The notes under the pieces: generated by a model
What the model was told of the DNA's origin: nothing
The model's input: the letters and a program-made list of their open reading frames with translations, nothing else
Databases searched by the model: none
Translations under genes and position numbers: made by a program
Part shown: piece after piece, positions 50,695-63,828 of the stretch
Numbering within the stretch: position 1 is the first letter of the stretch
Layout of the letters: each line of letters starts with the position of its first letter
Assembly (NCBI GenBank): GCA_030265395.1
Contig: JARFYF010000002.1
Coordinates: forward strand, 42,591,086-42,655,085
Reading direction: 5' to 3'
DNA from: Rhina ancylostomus
Lineage: Eukaryota
DNA: 64,000 nt

Positions 50695-50885
50695 TCTCAG
50701 CAGGTCGAGCAGCATCTGTGTGGGACAGGAATTGGTGACGTTTTGGGTCAAAGCCCTGCATCAGGACAAAGCTGCATGGTTTTGACCTGATGCAGGATTT
50801 CGAACAGAAATGTCACCAATTCCTTTCTCCCCTCATAGATTGTCTATTGCTCCAGATTCCAGCATCTGCAGTCTCTTGTGTCACC
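50695..50885. repeat. Head-to-head inverted pair of Penelope-type terminal fragments
   Basis: ggaattggtgacgttttgggtcaaagccctgcatcagg is mirrored by cctgatgcaggatttcgaacagaaatgtcaccaattcc, with a spacer of about 20 bp. Confidence 0.75.
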
Positions 50886-51189
50886 ACACAAAGATAACCT
50901 GCATTATTAAGAGTAGTACCCTGTGCAAGGAGTGGAATTTCTCAAGTGGTAAATTTTTGAACAATAGCACTACAGGGAAGAGAATAGGCTCCAAGATGTT
51001 CCAGTCCTGTGCAGGTGGCCCTGGTACAGGAGATACAGAGGAGGAGAGATGTGCTTGATCCAAAGGGATTTCCCTGATAGATACTGTGCAAATATATGCC
51101 AGGTTCAATCCCCAGTTCCAGCATTGGGGTACACTTGCTTATGTGAGCAGTGCAGTTGCTGTATGGTAAACTAAGCGCTATCTTGCAAA

Positions 51190-52885
51190 AGCTGAACACC
51201 ATCTATCTGACACGACCTCATACCTTCCTATAGCACATGAACCAATCACCAAACATCAAGCCACCAAATATCAGGTTCAGCTCCCAAGTAAACAATGATC
51301 CAATTTCCTCTGGAAATCTGCTCTCCCTAGCCTCAGGACTCAGAGTTCCAAACACACACTGCCCACATCTACCTTGTCCAATGTCCAGAAACAGGCCCAT
51401 TGTTTCAGCTGGCTTTTGCCCATTCTACTGCATTCCACTGCCTTAACAAATTCCATGCACCACCAAGGATGTCTGACACCTCTCTACCTCCATTCCACAG
51501 CAGAATAACAGTCTGCTATCACCCTCCTTTGCCCATCTGAAACTGTTTTCACATTGAACAACTTCTTCTCAAACCCTACTCTCTTTTTCCAAACAACGGA
51601 TGTAACAATAGGAACCCAGCTACACCTGCCTCTTTGTGGGATCTGTGAAACATTATTTCAAGCCTTCTTAGTTCTATTCCAATTTCCTCTATTTCTGATA
51701 CATCAATACTTGGATGGGTATCATCTCCTGTTCTCATGTGAACTGCTGCCAATTACTGCCAATTTCCACCTTGTTCATACTCTCAGGTGGCCCATCCCTA
51801 ACCTTTCTCTTCTCTCAGTCCCACATCTCAATTTCAGGAGATAGGTTAGTGACCAATACGCACCACAAGCCCACACACTCCAACAACTACCTTAATTACA
51901 CTTCCTTCCACCTGTCTTTGTTTAAGGGCTCCATTCCATTTTTCTAGTTTCCTCTCTCCTTCACATCTTCAGCTCTGATGATGCTCTCATCCCCTCTCCT
52001 CAAACCAGAATCAGGATAGAATTCTTCTTGTTCTTAACTTCTGCACCACCATCCTTTACATTCAACGCATCACCCTCAGAATATCCAACACCTCCAACAG
52101 GATGCATCTTCCCTTCTCCTCAACTATCAATATTCCAAAGAGACAATTCTCTCCAGAATGCTTTGGTACACTCTTCCCTCTCCATTATTACCCATGGCAC
52201 CTTCCCATGCGATCACAGGAAATGCAAATACCTGCCCTTTCACTTCTACCTTTCCCATGGCCCAAGGCCCCACATGCTCTTTTCAATGTAAAGTAGATAT
52301 TTAGTGGTACTCCCTTATAATTTATTTGCTGCTCATAATGTTAGAAAGACCAAATACAGATTAAGCATCCATTTTGTAGAACACCTCTTTTCAATCTGCA
52401 TGTGTAACCCTGCACTTCCAGTCATCTGTCACTGTGCCTTTGTATCCCACTCTCACTCTGATCTCTCTCCCTCAGCCAGTAAAGGCCCAATGTAAACTCA
52501 AGGAACAGTATCTTATCTTCTGACTAAGTATATTACAATCATTAAGTTTAACAATTTCAGATAATGAGGAGATCAAGCATTATTATTCTAGATTTCTAGC
52601 CTTTGTTCCAAATTACTTTTGTAGCTTCATATAATTATTCTGCTTTGCACCTTATCAAGGCTTTTGTTATCTTATAGTATAACCCTTTATGTCATATAAT
52701 CTCACCTCCACCTTATTACAGGCCATCCCAATTGTTCTCTCTCCTTCGCCCCACCTCAGACCCCTGCATATTAAAATCTATCCATGTCTATCTATTTCTG
52801 GTTGTGATGGAAAGTCATTTTAGTTTTTTTTCTCCATGCATGCTGTTTGACTTCCTGTGATTATAGTCAGTGGCACTTCTGTTTT
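51190..52885 (+). mobile_element. Penelope-like element (RT plus GIY-YIG endonuclease remnants), decayed
   Basis: LNNFFS...LFFQ..DVTIGT (GVAMGT), SYTCLFVG, HKPTHSNNYLNYTSFH...KGSIPF (YKPTDSHSYLDYTSSHP) and KTKYRLSIHFVEHL (ETKRRL.DRF.EHL). Confidence 0.8.
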
Positions 52886-53194
52886 GCAATAAAAGTTCAA
52901 AAACTTAAGTAAATTGAGCAAATTTGGCATAAATAAATTAAACTTTGATGCATAGAATAACACATCAAAAGTTTTTCACACCATTTCAAGGTTCAGTAAA
53001 GCTACTTAGAAAATGAAGCCTTTGCAAGTTAAGCCATTAAAACACCAGTAAAAAGAATATGATTATTTACAATTTATCTTCAGCCTGCTGGATATATCCA
53101 AACCATAAATTATAAATATAGCTTTATTCACAGATTACAATATATAAATAGAGAAAATATAATTATGCAGTAACTAAATATGTGCAATAATATC

Positions 53195-53520
53195 ATAGAG
53201 TCACAGTAATACAGCACTGAAACAGACTTTTCAAACTACTGTCCATGCCAATCATTATACACAAATCCCATTATCTTGTTCTCCCCACATTTCCATCAAC
53301 TCCCTGCAGATTCTGCCATTCATTTACACACTAGGGTGAGTTTAAAGTGGTCAATTAACCTACCAACTCCTGCACATTTGAATGTGAAATAAAACCGGAG
53401 CACCCAGATGAAATCCATGTGGTCACAAGAAGAACATGCAAACCCAACACAGGCTGAGGCCAGGATGGAACATGGGACACAGGAGCTCTGAGGCAGTATT
53501 CCTACTAGCAGCACCATTGT
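53195..53520 (-). mobile_element. V-SINE variant
   Basis: aaaccggagcacccagatgaaatccatgtggtcacaagaagaacatgcaaac is the reverse complement of the V-domain. Confidence 0.75.
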
Positions 53521-54199
53521 AAATAATACATTATTTGACTTAACTGTATAACATAACATTAAGATATGAAATTCTGGGTTACACTGTCTTCAAAATGATT
53601 TACCTGAGATAATCGCTTGTGGAATTTCTAATCTGCATTACATGCAAAAGCTAAGCAAATAGAGGTTGAAGATTTTGAGAAGGGCCCTGTCGCAAAGGTT
53701 CCTTCATTTTGATAGTTCCGCTGTAAAGGACTAAAGACGTAAAAGTTTTTAAGTAATTAACCATTAAAATAACAAATACGTCTTTTTTTGTAACAATGAC
53801 AAGACTTCCAAAACAATGGCTTCTTTAATTTGTACATCAATTTCCTAGAATTTCTATAATGCAAAGCCACATGTCCTAGGAGAGATGACCAATCCACACA
53901 GCCATTTGAAAGACTTTGAAAGAGCATATGTTAGCATTTGAAACATTATCTGATTAGCATCAGTTGTTTTTGAGTCTGGCATCAAATGGAAGTTACAAGA
54001 TAGAATTTCCTGGGACCCAGAGGTATGTGAATGGCCTTTTTTTAGAATTGTGGGGAGGATAAGGGGATAAGAATCAGTGATACTGAGTTCATGCACCTTT
54101 TTGCCCTATTGAAATGTCTGTCATTAGTGTCAGCACATAAAATATTTCTCTCATTTGTTTCTTCAACTCCGCTGGGAACAGCGAGATGGCAATGTTGTT

Positions 54200-55800
54200 T
54201 GGTGAGTCTCATGTCAGTTGTAGGGAAACTACTGGAGAGGATTCTTAGGGATAGGATTTATGAGCATTTGGAAAACCATGGCCTAATTAGGGACAGTCAG
54301 CATGACTTTNNNNNNNNNNNNNNNNNNNNNNNNNNNNNNNNNNNNNNNNNNNNNNNNNNNNNNNNNNNNNNNNNNNNNNNNNNNNNNNNNNNNNNNNNNN
54401 NNNNNNNNNNNNNNNNNNNNNNNNNNNNNNNNNNNNNNNNNNNNNNNNNNNNNNNNNNNNNNNNNNNNNNNNNNNNNNNNNNNNNNNNNNNNNNNNNNNN
54501 NNNNNNNNNNNNNNNNNNNNNNNNNNNNNNNNNNNNNNNNNNNNNNNNNNNNNNNNNNNNNNNNNNNNNNNNNNNNNNNNNNNNNNNNNNNNNNNNNNNN
54601 NNNNNNNNNNNNNNNNNNNNNNNNNNNNNNNNNNNNNNNNNNNNNNNNNNNNNNNNNNNNNNNNNNNNNNNNNNNNNNNNNNNNNNNNNNNNNNNNNNNN
54701 NNNNNNNNNNNNNNNNNNNNNNNNNNNNNNNNNNNNNNNNNNNNNNNNNNNNNNNNNNNNNNNNNNNNNNNNNNNNNNNNNNNNNNNNNNNNNNNNNNNN
54801 NNNNNNNNNNNNNNNNNNNNNNNNNNNNNNNNNNNNNNNNNNNNNNNNNNNNNNNNNNNNNNNNNNNNNNNNNNNNNNNNNNNNNNNNNNNNNNNNNNNN
54901 NNNNNNNNNNNNNNNNNNNNNNNNNNNNNNNNNNNNNNNNNNNNNNNNNNNNNNNNNNNNNNNNNNNNNNNNNNNNNNNNNNNNNNNNNNNNNNNNNNNN
55001 NNNNNNNNNNNNNNNNNNNNNNNNNNNNNNNNNNNNNNNNNNNNNNNNNNNNNNNNGGGGCACCACTGTTGAGGATGATTGTGGCGGAGGTGTTGCTGCC
55101 TATCCTTACTGATTGCAGTCTGTTGGTCAGGAAAGTGACTGCATAGGGCGGTAAAGAAGGCATATGCATGCTTGCCTTTATTATTCGAGGCACTGAGTTC
55201 AAGAGTCAGGAAGTTATGTTGCAGCTTTATAAAACTCTAGTTAGACCATATCTGGAGTATCGCATTCAATTCTGGCTGTCCCATTACGTGAAGGATGTGG
55301 AGACTTTGGAAAGGGTGCAGAAGAGGTTCACCAGGATGCTGCCTGGATTAGAGGGCCATAAGGAGTGGTTAGACAAACTTGGGTTGTTTTCTCCAGAGCA
55401 GCGGAGGCTGAGGGGAGATCCAACAGAAGTTTTTAAAATTACGAGAGGCATAGATAGAGTGGACAGCTGGAATCTTTTCCCCAGGATTGAAAGGTCTAAT
55501 ACTAGAGGGCATGCATTTAAGATAAGAGGGAGTTAGTTCAAAGGAAATGTGCAGGGCAAGGTTTTTTTTACACAGAACAGTGGTGGGTGCCTGGAATGTG
55601 CTGCCAGGGGTGGTGATGGAGACAAATACAACAGAGACATTTAAGAAACTCTTAGATAGGTACGTAAATGTGCAGAGAATGGAGGGATATGGACATTGTG
55701 CAGGCAGAGGGATTAGTTAGGCATTTAACTGCTAGGTTAATTAGTTTGGCACAATATCGTGGGCCAAAGGGCCTGTCCCTGCATTGTACTGTTCTATGTC
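54200..55800 (+). mobile_element. CR1 LINE, RT to 3' end (spans a large gap)
   Basis: VSLMSVVGKLLERILRDRIYEHLENHGLIRDSQHDF before the gap; MLAFIIRG...LYKTLVRPYLEY.IQFW...LERVQKRFTRMLPGL...TRGHAFK and a tail after it. Confidence 0.9.
55057..55133 (-). mobile_element. Rex1/Babar-like RT fragment nested in CR1
   Basis: Minus-strand FLTNRLQSVRIGSNTSATIILNSGAP(QG), opposite in orientation to the flanking CR1. Confidence 0.65.
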
Positions 55801-55811
55801 CTACTGTTCTA

Positions 55812-56245
55812 CATGAGGAAAGGTTGAGTGAGGTAGGGTTTTTCTCTTTGGAGAGCAGAATGAGAGTTGACTTGATAGAGGTGTACAAGATGATGAGAGG
55901 CATAGATCGAGTGGATAGTCAGAGACTTTTTCCCAGGGTGAAAATGGCTAACATGAGGGGGCATAATTTTAAAGTGATTGGAGGAAAGTATAGGGGGGAT
56001 GCCAGAGGTAAGTTTTTTTTAAACACGGGAGAGTGGTGGGTGTGTGAAATGCACTGCCGGCAGAGATTGTGGAGGCAGATACATTAGGGACATTTAAGAG
56101 ACTCTTAGATAACCACATGAATAATAGAAAAATGGAGAACTATGTGGGAGGGAAGGGTTAGATAGATATTAGAACAGGATTAAATGTCAACACAACATCA
56201 TGGGCTGAAGGTCCTGTACTGTGCTGTAGTGTTCTATGTTCCATG
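55812..56245 (+). mobile_element. Second CR1 3' end, in tandem
   Basis: EERLSEVGFFSLESRMRVDLIEVYKMMRGIDRVDSQRLFP...RGHNFKV followed by a gttctatgtt tail. Confidence 0.9.
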
Positions 56246-56549
56246 TTTAGTATGATAGTACAAAGTGGCATTGTAGGTTGCCCAAAGTACTATCGTACTA
56301 AAACAGTCATACATGGCAAATACTGATGTCCCTGAAGACTGGAGAGATTTCAGGGCTCATCTACTGTGTAGAAAAGTGATCCATTCCAGCCAGATTAGCT
56401 TCTAAGCAATTTCTGTATATGGTTTTCTGCCTGCTGAGTGTTCGGGTGGAAACAAGAGATCATATCAGTGAGACTGTTCCAGTTGTACTTTCACTGTAAG
56501 AGCAATCACTGGCCTCTTCTATTTCCAAAGTAGCAGAAGTGTCTGCCTT

Positions 56550-56985
56550 CTCCTATACCTAAGCCCATCCCTGTGGAAATCGTGACCCTTGTATTCACCA
56601 TCTTCAGACTCAACTATTCCAATGCTCTCTTTCTTTCCATTTCAAGTGGTATTTTACCTAACCCACAAGCATTCAAAACAGTATTCCTAAACCACTCTGA
56701 GATCCACGCCCCTATTACTAGGACCTTCACTGGATTTTATCCTCCAGTTCAATAGTTTCAAATTCCTAGTGCTCCTTTTCCAACCTTAGTAACCTCTTCA
56801 GGCTGCACATATAACTTGGGTAAATTCTTCTATATTCAATCCCTTAATGCTTAAAAAATACCATTTTTGTCCCAATTTTTGTCATTTAGTTAGTTCCTCT
56901 TATTATGACTTACTATTTAATTGCAACTTGATGAAGTGCTTTAAGACATTTTAGCATCCAAAGATATTCTGAATCATTACTGTTA
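56550..56985 (+). mobile_element. L2-type 3' fragment, highly decayed
   Basis: FTIFRLNYSNAL (SRLDYCNAL), an ITRT/LHW-like segment and an L2-like tail tgaagtgctttaagacatttt. Confidence 0.5.
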
Positions 56986-57201
56986 CATAGCATTCTTTCT
57001 ATGTTTCACTGAGAAAGGCCCCATCTATTATAATTGCTGCAGAGTAAAGCCCTTCTTTGAATGTTTTCTATGAAGTATCACATATTTGGAACACTGAATA
57101 GAAAGGATCATTCAAAGGATTCATCATCCACAACATGATTCAGTTGATAAGCTTATTGCAATTAATAGAACTTACCATGCAGGTATGAAGGACTTAGAAA
57201 A

Positions 57202-57327
57202 AGTCCAGATGAAGGGTCTCAACCCAAAAACATCAATTGTCCATTTCCCTCCATAGATGCTGATTTCCTCCAGCAGTTCAGTTTTTTTGCTCCAGATTCC
57301 AGCATTGGCAGTCTCTTGTGTCTCCAT
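57202..57327 (+). mobile_element. Penelope-type terminal fragment with a hammerhead relic
   Basis: AGTC-CAGATGA-AGGG-TCTCAA-CCC-AAAAA-CATC-AATTG...gatgctg...ttgctccagattccagca. Confidence 0.7.
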
Positions 57328-59529
57328 GAAGGATTTAATCCCACTGAGTCTGTTGTTATGGCACTGAAATATTGCAGCTTGCCCAGGTATCTCCTTCCTT
57401 TTCAATGGGTTCCCATTCCCAATCATCAGCATTTGAGCTCTCTGAAAATTATTTATAAACAAATATAAGCAGGGTTGCATTTTATCATTATTCACTCTTA
57501 GAGTCCTGTCAAGAACAGCAGAATCAAATGCCCCATATTAGTAACTCTCTTGTAGGAGGAAAGAAAGGTGAGAGATAACATTAGAAAGGGGGCAGGAGAA
57601 AACGATCACGTATTGGAGTAGTACCACATTTGGAATTTAGTTAAGCAAATCCAGCATTTCATTTTTGATTGGCATGTCAAGCGCAAAAATGTAGTTTCAT
57701 GAAGGTTGAAGTCGGGTGACTCGTTGTTTGCCACCTGAAACAACCAAAAGGGACAGGAGATAAAGATTTTTAAAAGTTTGTTCTCCTGTTACACAACCTC
57801 TGCACTGTCTCATTCTCTTATAGTTCATCATTCTTGCTTTCCAGTTTGACTGTATCACATTTCACTTTCATTCAACAACTTAAGCAATACTTTCATTGGA
57901 TTGGAATTATGAAGATACGATACACAGTATATAAACATAAATAAAATGAAACATTGTTTTCCAAGTAGGTAAATCAATCAGAACAGGGTAATGTGCCACC
58001 TGTTTCCAGTAGCACAATTGTTTAGAGAGATGCATTTCCTAGATAGCAGTAGTTTTACTTAAATAAAATTGGACTCAGTTAAGGCAGTAAGAATCAACAG
58101 CCAAGGAAGCGCAGGGGATTGATCCACAATAGGTACTGAGTTGCCCAACTTGAGCAAAGCAGCATTTCACAATGCTTCAGTTTGCATTGGTGCATTTGGG
58201 GGGAGAGTTTGGAGAAGTTTCATACTGCTGACCATCATCTATTGATCCCACAGCAGAACTGTGAATGTTAGAATGGCAGGTAAAGACAGGATTGGACAGA
58301 GCTGTAATGACCCTGTGGTCAAATTTTCTTCAACATTTATCTTCAAGGCTGAAGGTGAAGAATGATTACCTGAATGTATAACAAGCACACTCAGTACCCA
58401 TGGAGTAACCCCACACATAGCCAGTGCCTTCAAGAAACACTTCTGTTTCTTCATTCATAAATGTATAAAATGAAAACCCAAATTTTCAGAGTTATATAAC
58501 AGGTTCCAATGCATTTGAAAAGTCAAAAGATAGATTAGATTTCTGAATGCAAACTGAAAAATGAGCAAGCTCTTTGCAAGATAGAACAAAATAGGAGAGG
58601 GAAGAAGGGAACAAGGTCATCATTATCATAGTACAGCAGTTAATGACTCAAAAACAAGAAGCTGAATGCATCATAGAGTGAGCAATAAAATACATACAAA
58701 AGGAACCTAAGCTATTGACCCCATAAAATCTGCTGTTTTCTAATCAGATCTCTAATCTGTCTTTCAATGTAAGTTAGCACATCATTAGTAGACACATCTG
58801 ACCACCTATCACAGCAAGTCAGGCAAAAGAAACCAGAATGAAACTAGCTATTGAGCCTAAACCCCTGGGAAGAGGTTAAGAACTCACACCTTCAATCCTG
58901 CAACTCCTTTGTAAAGATATTGTCCTGTAATAAACTGGTGGTCTAGGGTTCCAGCATCTAACCCAGCCTCAAGTCCACCCCAATCAACTCATCTGAGGTC
59001 GTGTACCTGCACTGCCAAGGTACAGGTCCCCAAGCAGAAACACTCATATTCCTTCCTCCCACATCAATGGAAAATCCATTCTTTGGTATTGGTAATTCTC
59101 ACTTCATTGCAGTTGGCTTTATCCCTAAAATGCCCCATGTGTGCTGGCTGAAATACTGTAAGTGTTGGCCTAATTTCCATCTATTTGGTTGACCCTTTCT
59201 TATCACAATATGAGAAGGGTAGGAAAGCTGTAGCTATTTAATGGGGTTTTGACCCCCCCAACCTTATCATTCATCCATTCCCAAGACTTGCAAGAACCAT
59301 AGTCATAAATGTCCCAGAAGGCAAACTGATCCAGTTTGTCCCCTATTTTTACTCCACTTTCTGCCTCTTGAGCAGGCACAATCAACCTACATATTCAGAC
59401 ACTCTTTATCACTTATGGTGACTTGTTTATTGTTTTTGCCTAACTATCAAAAAGAAATATGCATGGAATCATTAGCGGGGCCAATCATATGTCCCCAAAT
59501 AAGTATTTTCTAAATATGCATAAGAAAAT

Positions 59530-60575
59530 AACATCAGAATGTAAGAAATAGGAGCAGGAGTTGGCCATCTGGCTCATCGAGCCTGCTCTGCCATTCAATA
59601 AGATCATGGCTGATCTGACAATGGGCTCATTTTCCCCATTCCTTTAATTCCTCTACTATGTAAAAATCTAACTAACTGTGTCTTAAATATATTTAAGGAG
59701 GTAGCCTCCACTGCTTCCCTGGGCAGAGAATTCCACAGATTCACTACTCTCTGGGAAAAGCAGTTTCTCCTCATNNNNNNNNNNNNNNNNNNNNNNNNNN
59801 NNNNNNNNNNNNNNNNNNNNNNNNNNNNNNNNNNNNNNNNNNNNNNNNNNNNNNNNNNNNNNNNNNNNNNNNNNTGGGCAGAGAATTCCACAGATTCACT
59901 ACTCTCTGGGAAAAGCAGTTTCTCCTCATCTCTGTCCTAAATCTACTCCCCTGAATCTTGAGGCTATGCCCCCAGTTCTAGTTTCACGTACTAGTGGAAA
60001 CAACCTTCCTGCCTCTATCTTAGCTATCCCTTTCATTATTTTATATCTTTCTATAACATCCCCTCTCATTCTTCTGAATTCCAGCGAGTATCGTCCCAGG
60101 TGACTCAATCTCTCCTCATCGGCTAACCCTCAAATCTCCAGAATCAACCTGGTGAACCTCCTTTGCACCTCCTCCAAAGCCAGTACATCTTTCCTCAAGT
60201 AAGGAGACCAGAATTGCACGCAGTACTCCAGGTGTGGACTCACCAGTACCCTGCAGCATAACCTCCCTGCTCTTAAATTCAATCCCTCTAGCAATGAAGG
60301 CCAACATTCCATTTGCCTTATTAATAACCTGTTGCACCTACAAACCAACCTTCTGCGATTCATGCACAAGCACTCCCAAGTCCCTCTGCACAACAGCATG
60401 CTGCAATCTTTCTCCATTTAAATAATAATCTGATCTTCTATTTTCCCTTCCAAAGTGGATGACCATGCATTTATCAATATTGTACTCCATCTCCCAGACC
60501 CTTGCCCACTCACTTAACCTATCTATATCTCTCTGCAGATTCTCCACATCCTCTGCACAATTTGCTTTTCCACAA
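59530..60575 (-). mobile_element. CR1 ORF2 3' half and tail
   Basis: Minus-strand [44 protein letters not shown] and FSQRVVNLWNSLP. Confidence 0.92.
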
Positions 60576-60829
60576 CATGGGTCTGCTGGCATTTCTGTCA
60601 TTCTGTTCTGTAGCTGGAGTCCACGGAGAGTCTGAGAAGTCCATCACTCTGACCCTCCACGTATGTGGTTACAGAACTGAAAACAGTACCCTAACCATTG
60701 CTTAATATATGCTTTACATGGTTCTGGCAGAACCTTCCTGTTTCTACATTGTATGCCTCAGCCAAGAAAGTAATGTATTACTCAAACCTCTTTTAGCATC
60801 TTATCTACCTGTCTTGCAATCTTCAGGAA

Positions 60830-61092
60830 CATGCATTTAAAGTGAGAGGGGGTAGGTTCAGAACAGATGTGAGGGGTATGGTTTTTACTCAGAGAATGGT
60901 GGATGCCTGGAATGCGTTGCCAGATAGGGTGGTGGAGGCAAATTCATTGGGGGTTTTTAAGAGGGCTTGGATGGACACATGAATGAGAGGAAAATGGAGG
61001 AATATGGGCATTCTGTAGGTAGGAGGTATTAGCTATGTGAGCACATTGTGGGCTGAAGGGCCTGTTCTGTGCTGTACTGTTCTATGTTCTAT
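60830..61092 (+). mobile_element. CR1 3' end
   Basis: Same subfamily as 1-320; tail gctgtactgttctatgttctatg. Confidence 0.85.
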
Positions 61093-63013
61093 GTGGACAC
61101 GCACTCTAAAATCCTTCTGTTCCTTTACATTTCTTTGTACATTACCAGTTATTATGTACTCTGTTATCTTGTTTGCCCTCCCCAAACTCATTACGTGACA
61201 CTTCTCCTGACTGATTTCTCTTTACCACTTTTGTGTCATATCTTATTGTAGCCGACAATAAATTGTCAGTTTCGATAACATCTGCAAACTTCCTAATCAG
61301 GCCTTCTAAATTTCAATATATTATTAATAGATACCACAAAAAGTAAGGAAAGTTGTGCTGGTGCCTGCAGAATCAATGTGTCAGAGGATAAACTGTGACA
61401 GCAAGAAAGATAAAGGACATTAAATAATCATTTCATTACTGCACTACTGCACTGTGCAACCATTAGCATTAGCCTCACAAGTCCCCATTTGGCAAGCACA
61501 GCAAATATCAAGCAGAACATAGCAGTAACCCAGATGGGTTTATAGTTGTCAGAGAGAGAGCAAATACTCTGTATTTTATAAGTCTGGTCCCTTTTTGTTT
61601 TACTGAGTTATAAATCTACCATAATGTTTTGAAGTTTTCCAAATGTTGGAACAAATAGAATATATTTCTAACAAAAATGAATAACAAACCTATGAGCAGA
61701 AACATAAATGATTCTGCTTTCTCTGTAAAATACTTGAAAGGCATGGGGATTAATTTATCAGAGTACTGAATAAACGAGCTCACGCTGAATGCAAACATAG
61801 TTTAGGACTTGGAGTTATTTTAAGCAAGTAACCGAATAAATGACTCGTGTCTTCTCTCGTAATGACAGCTGAATTAGGATCTTAAAGTGTACCAGCAGGA
61901 AGAGTAAGGTAAATCTCTCTCCACAGTTGAGTGACTTCAGGTGTTAGAAGAGCTGAAACTGATACTATGCTGAAAAAACAGAGAAGCTGCTCTGCAGAAA
62001 CACGTCCAATGAAGGATTAACTTTACATTCTGCAGCTGGAAAACCTTGACAGTCAGGAATCTCATCCCAACTATTAGAATGCTTAGATATATGTTTCACT
62101 TAAATCAAGCTACCTGCTAAAACATTCTCATTGTAACACAGCACGGTGTCAATTTTAATCAATTAACAAGCGCTTCACAGTAAATCAACATGATGTAAAG
62201 CCAATATTTGCATGGTACGTTGTCACAGTCCCTCTCTGCAGGTAACATCAAGTTCATAATAGAAACAATATACAATGCTATTTTCAAAAGTTGCAAGTAA
62301 ATTGCAGCTAAATATGCTGCACTGTAACATTCAGAGATAAACGATATGTGTATTCTGCATCCTCAATGAACCAGCATAGTGTGGTAATCATATCAGCCAT
62401 TGATGTGATATTGCAGTCTGTTAGTTCATCAGTGTTCCAGAATAAGACCCAACTTCGGCTCTCTCCTACCAACTTAATTGCTAACATTTCTGGTCTATTG
62501 TAAGACAGCCTTAATCAGGTGCCAATTTATTTCTGCAGAAGGGCCAGGAAAACTTAGACCAAGGAAACTTTCGACATTTGCTCTTCCCTTTCTTGTCGCT
62601 GCAAGCTAATAAAACCTTTAGATCTGATGGCCCAGACCAGAGGGTTTCAAATGAGATAATTGTACATGTATTGAAAGTATTTATAGTAATCCTCCAAAAG
62701 TTTCTAGCTTCCAGAGTAGTCCCAAAGACTTGGATCACAGCAAATGTAACAATGCTATACAAAACAGGAGAGAGAGAAAAAGAAGTGAACTGCAGACCAA
62801 ATGCTGGAATACATTATTGTGGAACAAGGTAAGAAGACTCTGAGAAAATCATAACATGATTGGGAAGAATCAACATGGATTACCAAATGAAACATTGTGT
62901 CTGACAGAACAGGTCATTTGAGTAACTAGCTTAATTGATAAGCGGTAACGCAAAGATATTGTATCCCTGGATATACAAAAGACATTTAATAATTTGCCAT
63001 AAGAATGTCACTG

Positions 63014-63189
63014 GGGTTAGATTTTTTAATAATAAAATTATTACAATTGATCAATATCAATTAATTTTTGTTCATCGATATGCAGCATTGTGATTTCTAG
63101 TGTGACTCAGTATAATCTATTTTGTAATTTTTTTCCTCTGTTTCATGCATTTTGTACTTCTTATTTGAAATTAATAAATATTGAAAAAA
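63014..63189 (+). mobile_element. Short A-tailed retroposed insert (L1-like 3' end)
   Basis: AATAAA plus an A-tail, flanked by a direct repeat AATGTCACTG (63004-63013 and 63190-63199). Confidence 0.65.
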
Positions 63190-63518
63190 AATGTCACTGC
63201 ACAAAGTAGGGGTTTATGGAACTGAAGGTAACATATTGGTATGTTTAAAAAAGAGAGAACAGAGAATTGGAACGAACATTTTTTTTAAGTTGTGAGACCG
63301 ATATTATAGAGATGCTACAAGAATAATTTTGTGACCTTCTCCAATTACAATCTATCTTTTTGGTCCAAGTTTGCTGATGATAAAAATCAAGGAAAAAGAT
63401 GATCTGTGAGGAAGGTACTTAGACAAGTTACATGAGTCAGCAAGGATGTGTCAGATGGAGTTCAATACAGGAGAATATGAGGTTATTCATTTTGGCAGGA
63501 TAAACAGAAAAACATATA

Positions 63519-63828
63519 CCGGTCTTCCCTAGGTTAGGTCAAGGTTCCATTCCTGAGAACTGTTCGTAACCCAAACAGTTTGCAAGTCAGAAATGCGGCT
63601 GCTCAGCAATATATTTAAATAAAAACACAGATCAACCAGGGGCAATGTGCAGCTAAATTAGGGTGTTTAACTCAACAATTCAGCTATTGCCATAAACTAA
63701 GTTCCCACATGGAAGAGATACTTGTAGCCCCATAGAAGTCAGCAAATCCATTTTGCCGGTCTCCCAAATGCTCATTCGTATAATCAAACTGTATGCAAGC
63801 TGGGCGTTCATAACTTGAGGATGATCTG
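63519..63828. mobile_element. Tc1/mariner (Tigger-like) MITE, about 310 bp
   Basis: TA on both sides; imperfect TIRs (ccggtcttccctaggttagg versus the reverse complement cagatcatcctcaagttatg). CR1 coding sequence resumes on both flanks. Confidence 0.65.
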
